64,000 bases of DNA from a virus (IMGVR_UViG_3300050821_006345:32001-96000); one strand, 5' to 3'; counted from the stretch's first letter, positions 10,339 through 19,857 are shown. Notes: generated from the letters alone by a model not told the origin. Made by a program: numbers and translations.

Positions 10339-10836
10339 TCAGAAGTCTTCTGCTGTGGCGTTGGTTCGGAACCGTCTTTCGGCAGCGGTCGATCTGTGGG
10401 CGCCTATTCTGTTGTTGGCCGATTCTCGCGCATCTTCATAACCACAATCGCAGGCCAGCAGACATAATCCGTCCGAATTAGTAATAACTGAAGCGCAGTT
10501 TGATTTGTGGCCGCTTGGATGGGTCTCGTTGCCTCCTGATTCCTCCGGGCTGAACATATCCACGTTCTTTCCTTGATACGTTCCTTTGTAACACCATCCG
10601 AAGCCTGAGACTTTCTTTAGGCCGATTTCGGCCAAAGCTGGCCACAGACCATCGAAGTCAATCTTTGGTGATTGCCTGATTCTGTATAAAACGATGTCGC
10701 AATCCTTCCTCGCTCCTTGTTTGTAGAGCAGACCTCCGGTCAGGGCGATGTGACAACCGAATCTTGGGCAGATCTTCTCAATCTCGACGCACAGGTCTAT
10801 CGCGTCGCTCCATAGCCACATATCTTCCTGATTCAT
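10339..10836 (-). CDS. Pol-beta-superfamily nucleotidyltransferase-like protein
   Basis: ALTGGLLYKQGARKDCDIV (GG...DxD) and a later VDMF Asp. Confidence 0.6.
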   Translation of the reverse strand: MNQEDMWLWSDAIDLCVEIEKICPRFGCHIALTGGLLYKQGARKDCDIVLYRIRQSPKIDFDGLWPALAEIGLKKVSGFGWCYKGTYQGKNVDMFSPEESGGNETHPSGHKSNCASVITNSDGLCLLACDCGYEDARESANNRIGAHRSTAAERRFRTNATAEDF

Positions 10837-11045
10837 TCGTTTAACGGGTTTGGCGGCATCCTGAACCACGAGAATCCTTTATCGCCGTGTTTTATTGGCC
10901 GAATTTCTGATTCTTTGAAAAAGAGAACGAACGGAAGGTTGTGGAACTCAATGCCGAAAGGATTCTCCTGCTCCGGTTTGATTTCTTTAATCGTTCCGGT
11001 TTCACCAAACCTCACGCTCACCGATACTTTATCGCCGATTTTCAT
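10833..11045 (-). CDS. SH3/KOW-like small protein
   Basis: MKIGDKVSV...GETGTIKEI...FKESEI. Confidence 0.55.
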   Translation of the reverse strand: MKIGDKVSVSVRFGETGTIKEIKPEQENPFGIEFHNLPFVLFFKESEIRPIKHGDKGFSWFRMPPNPLNE

Positions 11046-11263
11046 AAAATTTCTTTCCGATTCGTTTGCAAGTCCGGCATTTGAAACAGCTTGGACACAG
11101 GCCTCGCGCCTCGCTGAACACGAATCCGCACGAAGAACACGGCTTGTCGTATGGCATCGCCGCTCCGTTCCACATCCCGTGGCGTCCGTTGGTTGGGCAA
11201 TAAGGTTTCAATTGCTATTTATTGTGCCGATAATCGGCGTTTTAACTATCGCCGCCCGCGCCG

Positions 11264-11551
11264 TTAATGTGGCACAGACATTGAATCGTCTGGAGCTGTA
11301 TCCGCCAATCTCGCATAAGCACGCTCAAAGTCAGCTTTTAAATCGTTTCGTTCCGCAGCCAGTTCGTAATCAGCCAGAACCATTGTTTCATTTGGCTCCT
11401 CGCCGTCCCGCAAATGAAAGTTGGCCTCGTGGACGATGCGGGTGGCTTCGGCCAGATTGTATTGCCCGGCCTCCGGGCGGCATTTGGTGTAGCCGCAGGC
11501 CGATGGCCTCCACCACGCGGCGTGTTCGTTTGACCATATCAAGAAGTTCAT
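11264..11551 (-). CDS. phage hypothetical protein
   Basis: IWSNEHAAWWRP..CGYT...AGQY motif. Confidence 0.6.
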   Translation of the reverse strand: MNFLIWSNEHAAWWRPSACGYTKCRPEAGQYNLAEATRIVHEANFHLRDGEEPNETMVLADYELAAERNDLKADFERAYARLADTAPDDSMSVPH

Positions 11552-11793
11552 AGTTGCGGATGGATGATTTGTTGGATTTGATTGGCCAGTTTTGCCGCCG
11601 GAGAAGCGTCTGGCGCACCGTCAAGGTAGCCGTCAATAAAAAGGTCGACTTCAGACAGTCTTCGGATTGCTGCCTCGCCAGCCAGCAGGATTAAATTAAG
11701 CTTGTCAACCGCGTTGCCGCTTATTTCTCCGTCTTTGGACGGTTGCAGGTCAGAGACAATCTTTAGCGTTCGCGGAGATGTTAGGACAATCAT
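11548..11793 (-). CDS. hypothetical protein
   Basis: Coupled ORF. Confidence 0.45.
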   Translation of the reverse strand: MIVLTSPRTLKIVSDLQPSKDGEISGNAVDKLNLILLAGEAAIRRLSEVDLFIDGYLDGAPDASPAAKLANQIQQIIHPQL

Positions 11794-11891
11794 ATCTTTA
11801 TCGTTTCACGGGTGGTGGCGTGCTATTTCCACTAATAAGCGGCCACAGATAACCAGCGCCGAAAATAAAATAATTGCCACTAAATTTTCTT

Positions 11892-12524
11892 TCATATCTT
11901 TATACTTTCGCCAATAGCTAAACAAATAAACCGAGTTCTGTCAACCACAATATCAAGGTGTTGGTGGTGGTGGCCGAAAACCACCAGCTTTGGCCTGCGG
12001 GCTTCAATCATCGCCTGGAGCAGCTTCCGTGTGATACAGCGGCTAGGAACTCGCAAATAGGCTTCAGCGATTGATTGCGGGCAATCGTGGGCGATGATGG
12101 TCTCGCACTCGGACGTTTTCCACTGAAAAAGACAATCGTCGGCCTGCAACTGATTCAGTTCCTCGTCGCTCCACCAGCTAACGCCTTCCACCCTTGCCCA
12201 CTGGTCGTGAGACTGCGCTCCAGATACAAAGAACACGTTCTCGAACTCGCCATAATCACCGAGGCAAGATTTAAGCTTCTTGGCCAGTTGCCTGTTATCA
12301 TGGTTGCCAACAAAGAAATGAAAGTTCTTTGGCAGCTTCTTGACCACGTCAAATACAGGCCATCCTGTGTGCTTGAACGGAATGCCTAAAAACGGCGGGA
12401 CATTAAATCCGATGCCCAAGTCTCCAATTTGAAGCACGGTGTCCGTGTGTCCTTTCTTCGTGTGCTTCTTTGCAACACAAAGGCAGGTGTTTATATCGCC
12501 ATGGACATCGCCGAGAATTATCAT
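11892..12524 (-). CDS. calcineurin-like metallophosphoesterase
   Basis: GDVHG, GDLG, GNHD, AHD and FGHHH motifs. Confidence 0.9.
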   Translation of the reverse strand: MIILGDVHGDINTCLCVAKKHTKKGHTDTVLQIGDLGIGFNVPPFLGIPFKHTGWPVFDVVKKLPKNFHFFVGNHDNRQLAKKLKSCLGDYGEFENVFFVSGAQSHDQWARVEGVSWWSDEELNQLQADDCLFQWKTSECETIIAHDCPQSIAEAYLRVPSRCITRKLLQAMIEARRPKLVVFGHHHQHLDIVVDRTRFICLAIGESIKI

Positions 12525-12562
12525 CGCGGCAAATGATGAGATTTAACCGGCCAGAAATCAAG

Positions 12563-13003
12563 TCATATTGTGCCGGTTAAATCAAATTGGCCGATGAGCA
12601 GTTCGTCCTTCGTGCCGACGAAGCCGTGGGCGTTCAGCCGCTCCTTAATGGCGTCCACCAGCGGACGCGAGAAGGCTGCGTAGTTGTCTGGAATGTTAAG
12701 GCAATAAACCTTCTTGCTTGGGTTGGAGCATTTAGCAACCAGATGGCGCACTCTTGGCAGGTGTTCTTCATCTGCGACCACAATCACATCCGCCCATTCA
12801 ACGAGAACCCTGTCAATGACGATTAGCGCGTATTCCTTTGCCACTCCGCAGTTCCTCGTGTTGCAATTATAGGGAGGCTGGCCAAGCACCCATGCTGTTG
12901 TGCTACTCCTCAAAATTCCGGCACTGCAAACGACCAGACACTTAAGTCGCGGCGATTGCCATGGGTTCTTGGTGTTTTCTAAACGGCCATTCAGGTCATC
13001 CAT
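12563..13003 (-). CDS. low-molecular-weight protein-tyrosine phosphatase-like protein
   Basis: VCSAGILRS (CX5R), WADVI, LNIPDNY. Confidence 0.85.
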   Translation of the reverse strand: MDDLNGRLENTKNPWQSPRLKCLVVCSAGILRSSTTAWVLGQPPYNCNTRNCGVAKEYALIVIDRVLVEWADVIVVADEEHLPRVRHLVAKCSNPSKKVYCLNIPDNYAAFSRPLVDAIKERLNAHGFVGTKDELLIGQFDLTGTI

Positions 13004-13004
13004 A

Positions 13005-13301
13005 TCAGTTATCGTGTTTTGCGGTTCTGGCCGCATCTATTGCCTCCACTGCGGCGGTTAAATACTTGTCGCGCTCGTCATCGTCAAATCCTCCGTCTCC
13101 GTTTGGGTGCGCTTCATAAACCGTGACGGTTTCTCCCTCCGTCCAATCGGCGCGGAACCAGCCATGGCGGAGGCGCAGGTAGCCGACCTCCCTGTCGCCA
13201 TCGAACACGTCATATTGTTCGGGACACATTCCGCCGCCTTCGAGTCTGTATTTTCCTATTTGCACGCCGATTACAATGCAATTTTCGTTCTCTTTCCGCA
13301 A
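13005..13301 (-). CDS. phage hypothetical protein
   Basis: CPEQYDVF...VGYLRLRHG motif. Confidence 0.6.
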   Translation of the reverse strand: MRKENENCIVIGVQIGKYRLEGGGMCPEQYDVFDGDREVGYLRLRHGWFRADWTEGETVTVYEAHPNGDGGFDDDERDKYLTAAVEAIDAARTAKHDN

Positions 13302-13348
13302 GGCAATTCGTCGTTTTACTTGGCCGATTTTTAGTTTACGTTGTTTCC

Positions 13349-15274
13349 ATGAAGTTCACCAAGAATTTTGCCAGCACAAACATTTTCGGCCACAAACCGA
13401 ACGGAGCCATCACGTTCCTCAATGCCAAAGGCCAGATGGTCGGCAAGCATCCTCCGACCGTCAATCCACCAGCACCCAATAGCGAGGACGTCGGCCCGCT
13501 GGTTCCGACCCTGCCGGTTGTTGACTGGACGTTCGCTTCAAACTACAAATGCTATCCGATTGACACGAAACCAGTTGATGGCGGAGTTGTGGTTCGCGTC
13601 GGTGGTTCAGTGGACGCCTGCCGTGGTCTGGTGTTCAAAGACAATCCTTCTGCGATTAACTACGGAAAGCAAATCTGCGACTACTGGGAGACGGGAACGC
13701 TGCCTCCTGCACCAGATGGAGTTGTTTCTGACGATGAAACGATTCGGAACTCAAGAACCGCGTTGTTAAATGCCGGAACATCTGCTGGCGTTCTTAAAAG
13801 CTGGATTGTCCGCCGAATCGGAAGCGGTGAAAAAGTGAACAGCTTTCAGGCCAGAAACGCAGCACACGCCAAAGAAAAATACGAGGCGTTCCACGGCAAA
13901 CCACTTCCGAAAGATTTAGAGGTCGTGCCACATTCAGAAGTCGTGGCCGAAAAGAACGATTACAAAGACTGGAAGACTGGATACGGTCTGCACAATTCAG
14001 AACAAGTTCTGAACGCCGGAACCAAGGAAGGCTTCAAGAAGGCACTCGACACCAGATCGGCTACAGGAGCCAAGAACGCCGCCTCCTCTGCCGTCCACTT
14101 CAAGAACGAGGCCAAGCGTCATTCATCGGGTCTGTTCGTCAAGGGCAAGAAGCCAGATTTGGAAAAGGCATCGAAAGCGGCGAACCTCGCAACCGGAGCC
14201 GCAGTAGTGGCTGATGCTTCTGCCCGCGAAGCTGACACTGCTCCTGCCTACGACCAAGCCATCATCGCCCACCAAGCGGCAGCCGACGCACACAAAGCCG
14301 CGCGGGGAGGCGTGAAGGGCGACCATCAATCACCGTCGAGAACCAAAGAGTCGGCGCACCTGAGGTCCATTGAAGACCTCAAGGGATTGAAGCAGACGAT
14401 TTCAAACTCGGCCATCTTAAACGCTGGAACAAGTGCTGGCGTTTATGAGGCATGGCAGACTCGTCGCGGAAATGTTTCACAAATCATCAAGGCCAGAGAC
14501 GACGCATCAAAGATGGAGGCATCGCCACAGCGGTTTCCGGCATATAATCGCTCGGTTGATGCGTGGAAGGCGACACAAAAGGCCGAGCAAACAGGAACGG
14601 CGGAAGACCACGGTGCGGCGGCACAAGCACACCACGAGGCTGCCCGACAGTTTGACGGGAGAAACAAATCACACGATGAGGCGTCTCTTGCTCACGAGGC
14701 CAAATTGAAAGAACTGAAGCAGGCCATCACCAACTCACGCATTTTGAACGGCGGGCCGGGCAGTGGCAGAAAACCGGGAGGCAGCCGTTGGTTTGACAAT
14801 CGTCATGGTAGTGGGCCAAATCCAAATCTTTTTGAGGTGAAGGACGGAGAGCAGAAAGGTGGTCGCGTTGAATACGGTGGGCCGAAAGATTATCACCACG
14901 ACCCCAACCACAGCGGCCAAGGCCGTCCAGTGCCACTAAAGTTTCTGGAAGATGGAGCGGCCAACGAGGGCCATCTACGCGAATTAAACCTTGGCCACGG
15001 GCCGACTCCAGAAGGCCTGTTGCGGCACATCAAGGAGAGTGACGACGCGATGTACTCATCGAAGACACCGGAGCAGTTCGCAGCACACAAGGCATCGCGC
15101 GATGCGTTTGAAGCGACGGATAAGCATGGTGTGTCGGAAGCCTCCCATGCGGCGCACGACTATGCTGCTTCGCTTCATGAAGCTCGCGGCAACCACGACC
15201 AAGCATCGGTTCATCGTGATTTCGCCAAGCTCCACATCCCCTATAACGTGGACAAATACGGTCGCCGAATCTAA
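13349..15274 (+). CDS. putative head-internal polyprotein with four tagged cassettes
   Basis: LLN-AGTSAGV, VLN-AGTKEG, ILN-AGTSAGV, ILN-GGPGSGR; His/Ala helical repeats; directly upstream of the F-like gene. Confidence 0.75.
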   Translation: MKFTKNFASTNIFGHKPNGAITFLNAKGQMVGKHPPTVNPPAPNSEDVGPLVPTLPVVDWTFASNYKCYPIDTKPVDGGVVVRVGGSVDACRGLVFKDNPSAINYGKQICDYWETGTLPPAPDGVVSDDETIRNSRTALLNAGTSAGVLKSWIVRRIGSGEKVNSFQARNAAHAKEKYEAFHGKPLPKDLEVVPHSEVVAEKNDYKDWKTGYGLHNSEQVLNAGTKEGFKKALDTRSATGAKNAASSAVHFKNEAKRHSSGLFVKGKKPDLEKASKAANLATGAAVVADASAREADTAPAYDQAIIAHQAAADAHKAARGGVKGDHQSPSRTKESAHLRSIEDLKGLKQTISNSAILNAGTSAGVYEAWQTRRGNVSQIIKARDDASKMEASPQRFPAYNRSVDAWKATQKAEQTGTAEDHGAAAQAHHEAARQFDGRNKSHDEASLAHEAKLKELKQAITNSRILNGGPGSGRKPGGSRWFDNRHGSGPNPNLFEVKDGEQKGGRVEYGGPKDYHHDPNHSGQGRPVPLKFLEDGAANEGHLRELNLGHGPTPEGLLRHIKESDDAMYSSKTPEQFAAHKASRDAFEATDKHGVSEASHAAHDYAASLHEARGNHDQASVHRDFAKLHIPYNVDKYGRRI

Positions 15275-15275
15275 C

Positions 15276-17021
15276 ATGAACCTGCGGCAGATATTCAACG
15301 CGGATGCTCCAGACGTTGTTCCAGAAACCAAAGACGCCAAGCACGAGCTTTCGCTTTTAGATAAAGCACTCCTTGCATTCGCTGCTGCCCTTGCCATTGA
15401 CCTTGCCTTCATTCGTGACCGCGTAGATTCGGCCAAAACATCGGAAGATTATCAGAAGATTCACGAGGAGCTTCCGAATCTGCTTGAAGAAGCGTTAAAG
15501 AAGAAAGCGGCGCAGAAAGCATTGGCTGATTCAATGGCGACCTTCTACCACAACGGCATGGTCGATGTGAATGACAAGCTGGAAGAAGCAGACCAAGCGG
15601 ACGCCGAGTTGATGGACGAGGTTCAGTCAGCTGGTAAAGTTCCGGGACGCATCTTATCCGAAGAGCTTCTAACCGACCACTCGCTAGTTAAGCAGGACAT
15701 CAACGACATTTTGGACCGCGCAAACTGGGCGGCGGCGGCAACCAAGGCATCCATTGTCGATGAATGGAAGGGAATTGATGCGGAGAATAAGCCGTCAATC
15801 GCCGCATATTTTGCGGAGGATGCTCTGGCCGAGAATCCGAACGTTTCTATTGCCTCGGACACTCAGCACAAGATGGCCGAAGGACTTGGAGAACAACGCG
15901 AGCTTAACGAAAACATAAAAGCATATCCATGTCAGGAATTTTATAGGGAAAGCCCGCGCGAAGTGTGGCGTAACTGGCCCGCCAGATTTTTGCGCGGCGG
16001 GGGAACGCTATACCCAGACGAAGATGGAAGCGCAGACTACGCAGAAGGCCGCATGATTGCTCCGGTCGGTGATTCTGTGTGGCTTCGCATCTCCCGCTTT
16101 GGCACGCCGTTCGCTCCTTTTGATTACCGAAGCGGCATGAATCTTCGCCCAATCGCACTGAGCCTTTCGTCTGAGCTTGGCGTTCTGAACGACTACAAAG
16201 AACCGCCGAAGCCAGTCACTGAATCCTTTAATCACAATGTCCAATTCTCTGCCGCCATTTCACCAGCGTTAAAAGAAGTTCTGCTTGGTTACTTGGGCGA
16301 TTCATTCTCCGATGCTTCGGGCGTCATTGCCAACTCAAAGCACAATCCAGACGTGCTGCTTAATTCAAAAGATTTACTTCCAGATGCGCTGGCCAGATGC
16401 AAGAAGTGTGGCGGAATAGCCAACCTAGCCAGAGAGCCGGAAATATCCATGGGCGCAGTTGCGTGTCCAAAGTGCAAAAGCCCGGTGACGCAGGCCGACC
16501 TAATGCAAAAAAATCCACGGACGGATTACTCAGCGTCCAAGGAAGTTTTACTCAACGGTGCGCCGATTGGAAACGATAACGCATCAAGAGACCACCATAC
16601 TGCCATGCGGTCTTGGACAATGCGCGGCATTGGAGAGAAGGCTGCATTGGTTGGAAACTGCGGAAACTATGCGGAAGCGTTACGCGAGGCAAAAGGCGGA
16701 GGACAAATCGTTCAGTTGCAGCAGACGCACCCAACAACCGAATGGCATCAAGCGTTGAAGCACAACGGGAAGTATTACGATGCGGCCACTCATTCTGGTG
16801 TGGAAGATCCGAAACAACTTGGATTCTTCAAGCACGTCAACAAATGCGAAGCAGACGTTAAGATTGCTCCAGAAAGAATTGTAAAAGAATCGGTAGCCAA
16901 CAGCCTTTCTTCCGTGTTCCTGCCGCCGGACAAATACGCACAGACCCTCAAGGAAATTGAGGTTGTGTGCAACAATCGGCCAAAAGAACCGCTCCCACCA
17001 GTCGGAGGACTGTTCAAATGA
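15276..17021 (+). CDS. Mu gpF-like minor head protein with C-terminal Zn-ribbon and papain-like cargo
   Basis: GRMIAPVGDSVW...FGTPFAPFDYRSGM core; CKKC..CPKC; GNCGNYAEAL..H..YYDA. Confidence 0.65.
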   Translation: MNLRQIFNADAPDVVPETKDAKHELSLLDKALLAFAAALAIDLAFIRDRVDSAKTSEDYQKIHEELPNLLEEALKKKAAQKALADSMATFYHNGMVDVNDKLEEADQADAELMDEVQSAGKVPGRILSEELLTDHSLVKQDINDILDRANWAAAATKASIVDEWKGIDAENKPSIAAYFAEDALAENPNVSIASDTQHKMAEGLGEQRELNENIKAYPCQEFYRESPREVWRNWPARFLRGGGTLYPDEDGSADYAEGRMIAPVGDSVWLRISRFGTPFAPFDYRSGMNLRPIALSLSSELGVLNDYKEPPKPVTESFNHNVQFSAAISPALKEVLLGYLGDSFSDASGVIANSKHNPDVLLNSKDLLPDALARCKKCGGIANLAREPEISMGAVACPKCKSPVTQADLMQKNPRTDYSASKEVLLNGAPIGNDNASRDHHTAMRSWTMRGIGEKAALVGNCGNYAEALREAKGGGQIVQLQQTHPTTEWHQALKHNGKYYDAATHSGVEDPKQLGFFKHVNKCEADVKIAPERIVKESVANSLSSVFLPPDKYAQTLKEIEVVCNNRPKEPLPPVGGLFK

Positions 17022-17143
17022 TCCGTCTCATTCAATCTTTAATCGCAGCAGGACTTGTTTTCATCTCCGGATGCCACGGCGTTCCAGCTTACGGTAAAGT
17101 CGCAGTTGAGCAAGCGGTCAAACAAGCTACTTTGAACAAGTAA
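17018..17143 (+). CDS. 41-aa lipoprotein (read by hand)
   Basis: MIRLIQSLIAAGLVFISG-C lipobox; ATGA-coupled. Confidence 0.55.
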   Translation: MIRLIQSLIAAGLVFISGCHGVPAYGKVAVEQAVKQATLNK

Positions 17144-17148
17144 ACATT

Positions 17149-17949
17149 ATGAGCAACCTGAACATTTTCAAGAACGCACTTGCCGAGCGCAAGGCCGAAC
17201 AGACGACCATCACCACGCCCAGCGGCTACCACTCGCTGCTCAACGCCATCAGGCACGAGGTGAAGATTGTTAACGGAGGGCCGGGAAGCGGTCGCAGGGA
17301 TGGATTTTCTTATCATTCAGAATATGGTTCTGGCTCTGTGCCGCATGAATCAGAATCCGATGCGTTATCATACCACCAAAAAAAATATCCAAATGCTTCA
17401 TTTGGTGACTGGGAGAACAATGGAGGCAATAGCGAGCGAAAATTGGTTTGGGAAAACAATAAAGATTCTGAAAACGATGATGGAAAAAAGGCCGTGGCTC
17501 AAATTGTAAGAAAATCGGCCAATGTTTCAAACTCCACCTACACCAACCCCGACGGCTCGTTCAAAATCGTGAACGGCAGCCAGATTGGCGCGGCGACCGC
17601 ACTTTTCATGGAAAAGGGCCACAGCGAGGAATCGGCCACAAGGATGGCAAAATCACTTCTGAACGCCGAAACCGACAACGTATGTCTGCCCGGCACTGCT
17701 AATGGCCTCGCTACGGCCTCCAGCAAGGCCGCTGATGCGTCAGAAGCAGCAGAACGCACCGGAACGGCCTCCGACCATTTTGCGGCCAAAAATGCCCACG
17801 AAGTCGCAGGAAACCATGCCGCACGGCTTGGCTGCACAGAAAAAGCTTCCCACCACGCTAAAAAGGCTTCTGAACACCAAGCCAAGGGAGTAGCGGCTTA
17901 TCCGAAGGGACAAACCGATAAGCAGAACGCTGGCTCACCGAAGGCTTGA
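17149..17949 (+). CDS. putative head-internal polyprotein
   Basis: IVN-GGPGSGR tag, several xxN(A/S/G) motifs, His-rich tail. Confidence 0.7.
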   Translation: MSNLNIFKNALAERKAEQTTITTPSGYHSLLNAIRHEVKIVNGGPGSGRRDGFSYHSEYGSGSVPHESESDALSYHQKKYPNASFGDWENNGGNSERKLVWENNKDSENDDGKKAVAQIVRKSANVSNSTYTNPDGSFKIVNGSQIGAATALFMEKGHSEESATRMAKSLLNAETDNVCLPGTANGLATASSKAADASEAAERTGTASDHFAAKNAHEVAGNHAARLGCTEKASHHAKKASEHQAKGVAAYPKGQTDKQNAGSPKA

Positions 17950-18058
17950 AGCTTTCTTCGTTCCATTCGCAGGCAATCACATGTTGCAGTAGCTGACGTC
18001 CATCGGAAATGGTGATCAAACGAATCTCGGAAGATTTAACTGTTAGCTTGGCCATCTT

Positions 18059-18613
18059 TTAAGATAGCACAGTCTTTGGCCGATATTTGTAAAAGTGTTT
18101 CATAAACAGCTTCTCGGACTCCAGTGGTGAAAGCGGAATGATTTTGTCTGGAAGCGGTGGATACTCCTCCTGCAATCTCCAAGGATGGTCGGTCTGCGTG
18201 CAAATGTCCCGCCGCTCGGTCATCAATGCAGTATTGTCTGCTCGTTTAACTTCTGGATGGAACACAGAATTTATTCCAAACACATCGGCAATCACCAGCC
18301 ACAACTTGTCCTCTGCCGCGCAATAATCAGGCATTGAAATCTTTAGCGGACGAACCATGTCGCCAAGAGCGTATTCTGTGGCGTCGTGCATCAATCCTTG
18401 GAATGTGGCTTGAGTGCAGATCTGGCTGACGATTACAGAATGTTGAGCGACAGAATAAAACTGTCGGCAATGACCACCAAATCTACAAATATTAGATAAT
18501 GCATGGGCGATGTCCTCGATGCAGATGTCTTCCGGCTGCGGGTCGAGCGGATGAAACTTCTTGCCGGTGAACGTGAGAAACCAATCTCCGATTAACTGCT
18601 TATCTTTATTCAT
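18059..18613 (-). CDS. HD-domain (YfbR/YfdR-like) nucleotide phosphohydrolase
   Basis: IAHALSNICRFGGH..FYSVAQHS..LMHDATE..GDMVRPLK..KRAD. Confidence 0.9.
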   Translation of the reverse strand: MNKDKQLIGDWFLTFTGKKFHPLDPQPEDICIEDIAHALSNICRFGGHCRQFYSVAQHSVIVSQICTQATFQGLMHDATEYALGDMVRPLKISMPDYCAAEDKLWLVIADVFGINSVFHPEVKRADNTALMTERRDICTQTDHPWRLQEEYPPLPDKIIPLSPLESEKLFMKHFYKYRPKTVLS

Positions 18614-18618
18614 ATTCG

Positions 18619-18897
18619 TTATTCTGGCCGTTGATGGTCTTCAGCAAAAAGCAAATAGGCCCGCGCATCCAAAAAATTGTCGCCGTGAAATACTCTGGCC
18701 GACCGCTGCGTCTTGAAATCCACCATCATAAGCTCAACCATCCAGCTTGGTAGCGGATGGTCAAGCCGGATGCCGTAATGCTGCTGAATCAATCCAGTCC
18801 ACGCAAGGCCAATGTTCTCGTGCGAGAGTTTTGGGTCGCCGTAAATCTTGCCGCGTTCTTTGATTGTGTCTGAAACGACATCGTTATTTTTTGGCAT
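18619..18897 (-). CDS. DUF6378-like all-alpha protein
   Basis: ERGKIYGDP..HENIGLAW..MMVDFK..R..DNFLDARAY. Confidence 0.7.
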   Translation of the reverse strand: MPKNNDVVSDTIKERGKIYGDPKLSHENIGLAWTGLIQQHYGIRLDHPLPSWMVELMMVDFKTQRSARVFHGDNFLDARAYLLFAEDHQRPE

Positions 18898-19114
18898 ATT
18901 TTTTATTCACACGATAGGCTGGCACGGTGTAGTTGCCAACCTTTTTCAACACCCTTTCCAACTCGCCGGACTCGACCTTGATTTTAACCAGCTCCCGCAC
19001 ATAACTTCCGCCGCGTCCTGTGGCCTTGGCTATTTCCGCGACGGTCTCGGCGGTCTGGTCGGTTTCTACGCGGCCAATAAGCTCGCTGGCCATCATGGAA
19101 GTCCAGTGCTTCAT
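18884..19114 (-). CDS. small winged-helix protein
   Basis: TVAEIAKATGRGGSYVRELVKIKVESGELE. Confidence 0.65.
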   Translation of the reverse strand: MKHWTSMMASELIGRVETDQTAETVAEIAKATGRGGSYVRELVKIKVESGELERVLKKVGNYTVPAYRVNKKYAKK

Positions 19115-19857
19115 TTATATTCAACAATGTCGGATGGTAAAATCCAGTTTCCGTCGATGGATTCCGCCTGCCATGTGTGGTATCGGCCTGTCCGCATATT
19201 AACCACTCCGTAGGCAAAGCCATTTGCCTGCCGCAGCGTGTTGGGATTGCGTTCGTTATACTGCATATCAAGTTGACAGAGCGCGCCAATGTTTCTGGCA
19301 ACGCGTCGGTCAAGCCCTCCAATTGAATGCTCATCAATGACGTGTGTGTGGCCGAACAATGCCGAACCATAGATTAAAGCAGTCTGACGAGCTGCGAATA
19401 CACCACAGTGGAATCCATGCAAAACCTTGAGCGATCCAATCCTCATTACGCCATCGCGCTTGTGGTATGGATACATTTTGCACTTCATATCTCGCGCAAT
19501 TTTTTCAACCTCAATCACGCCAAGTTGGGCATAATCTGATAATGCGCCCCGGTCGCTTTCTGCTGTCTCCCAAAGCCTAGAGTCGTGATTTCCAATTAAA
19601 AAGTGATGAGGCTTGAATTTGTTCATCCAGACAACGCCAGCATCGTAGTCTTTCCTCATTGATTCGCGCCGCTCTTCCTCGCTTGCACCCTTTCTTAAAC
19701 ACCTGAAGTCCCAAAGGTCTCCGGCGAAAACCCTGATGTCTGGCGCAAAATCGTCAACGAACTTAAAGAATACATTGTTAGACGCGATGTCCTGCATATC
19801 ACCGTGGACGTCGGAACCAACTATAAACTTGACCCACCGTCTGGTTATGTTAGGCAT
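19111..19857 (-). CDS. calcineurin-like metallophosphoesterase
   Basis: SDVHG, GDLWD, GNHD, HG, GHTH. Confidence 0.9.
   Translation of the reverse strand: MPNITRRWVKFIVGSDVHGDMQDIASNNVFFKFVDDFAPDIRVFAGDLWDFRCLRKGASEEERRESMRKDYDAGVVWMNKFKPHHFLIGNHDSRLWETAESDRGALSDYAQLGVIEVEKIARDMKCKMYPYHKRDGVMRIGSLKVLHGFHCGVFAARQTALIYGSALFGHTHVIDEHSIGGLDRRVARNIGALCQLDMQYNERNPNTLRQANGFAYGVVNMRTGRYHTWQAESIDGNWILPSDIVEYK

Noticed and set aside
14991-15275. N-terminal 95 aa of ORF 14991..17021
   Set aside because: Overlaps the 641-aa gene; the ATG at 15276 just after its stop is the more plausible start
18059-19857. Z-genome (purZ/datZ/mazZ) cluster
   Set aside because: No PurZ-like gene seen in the window
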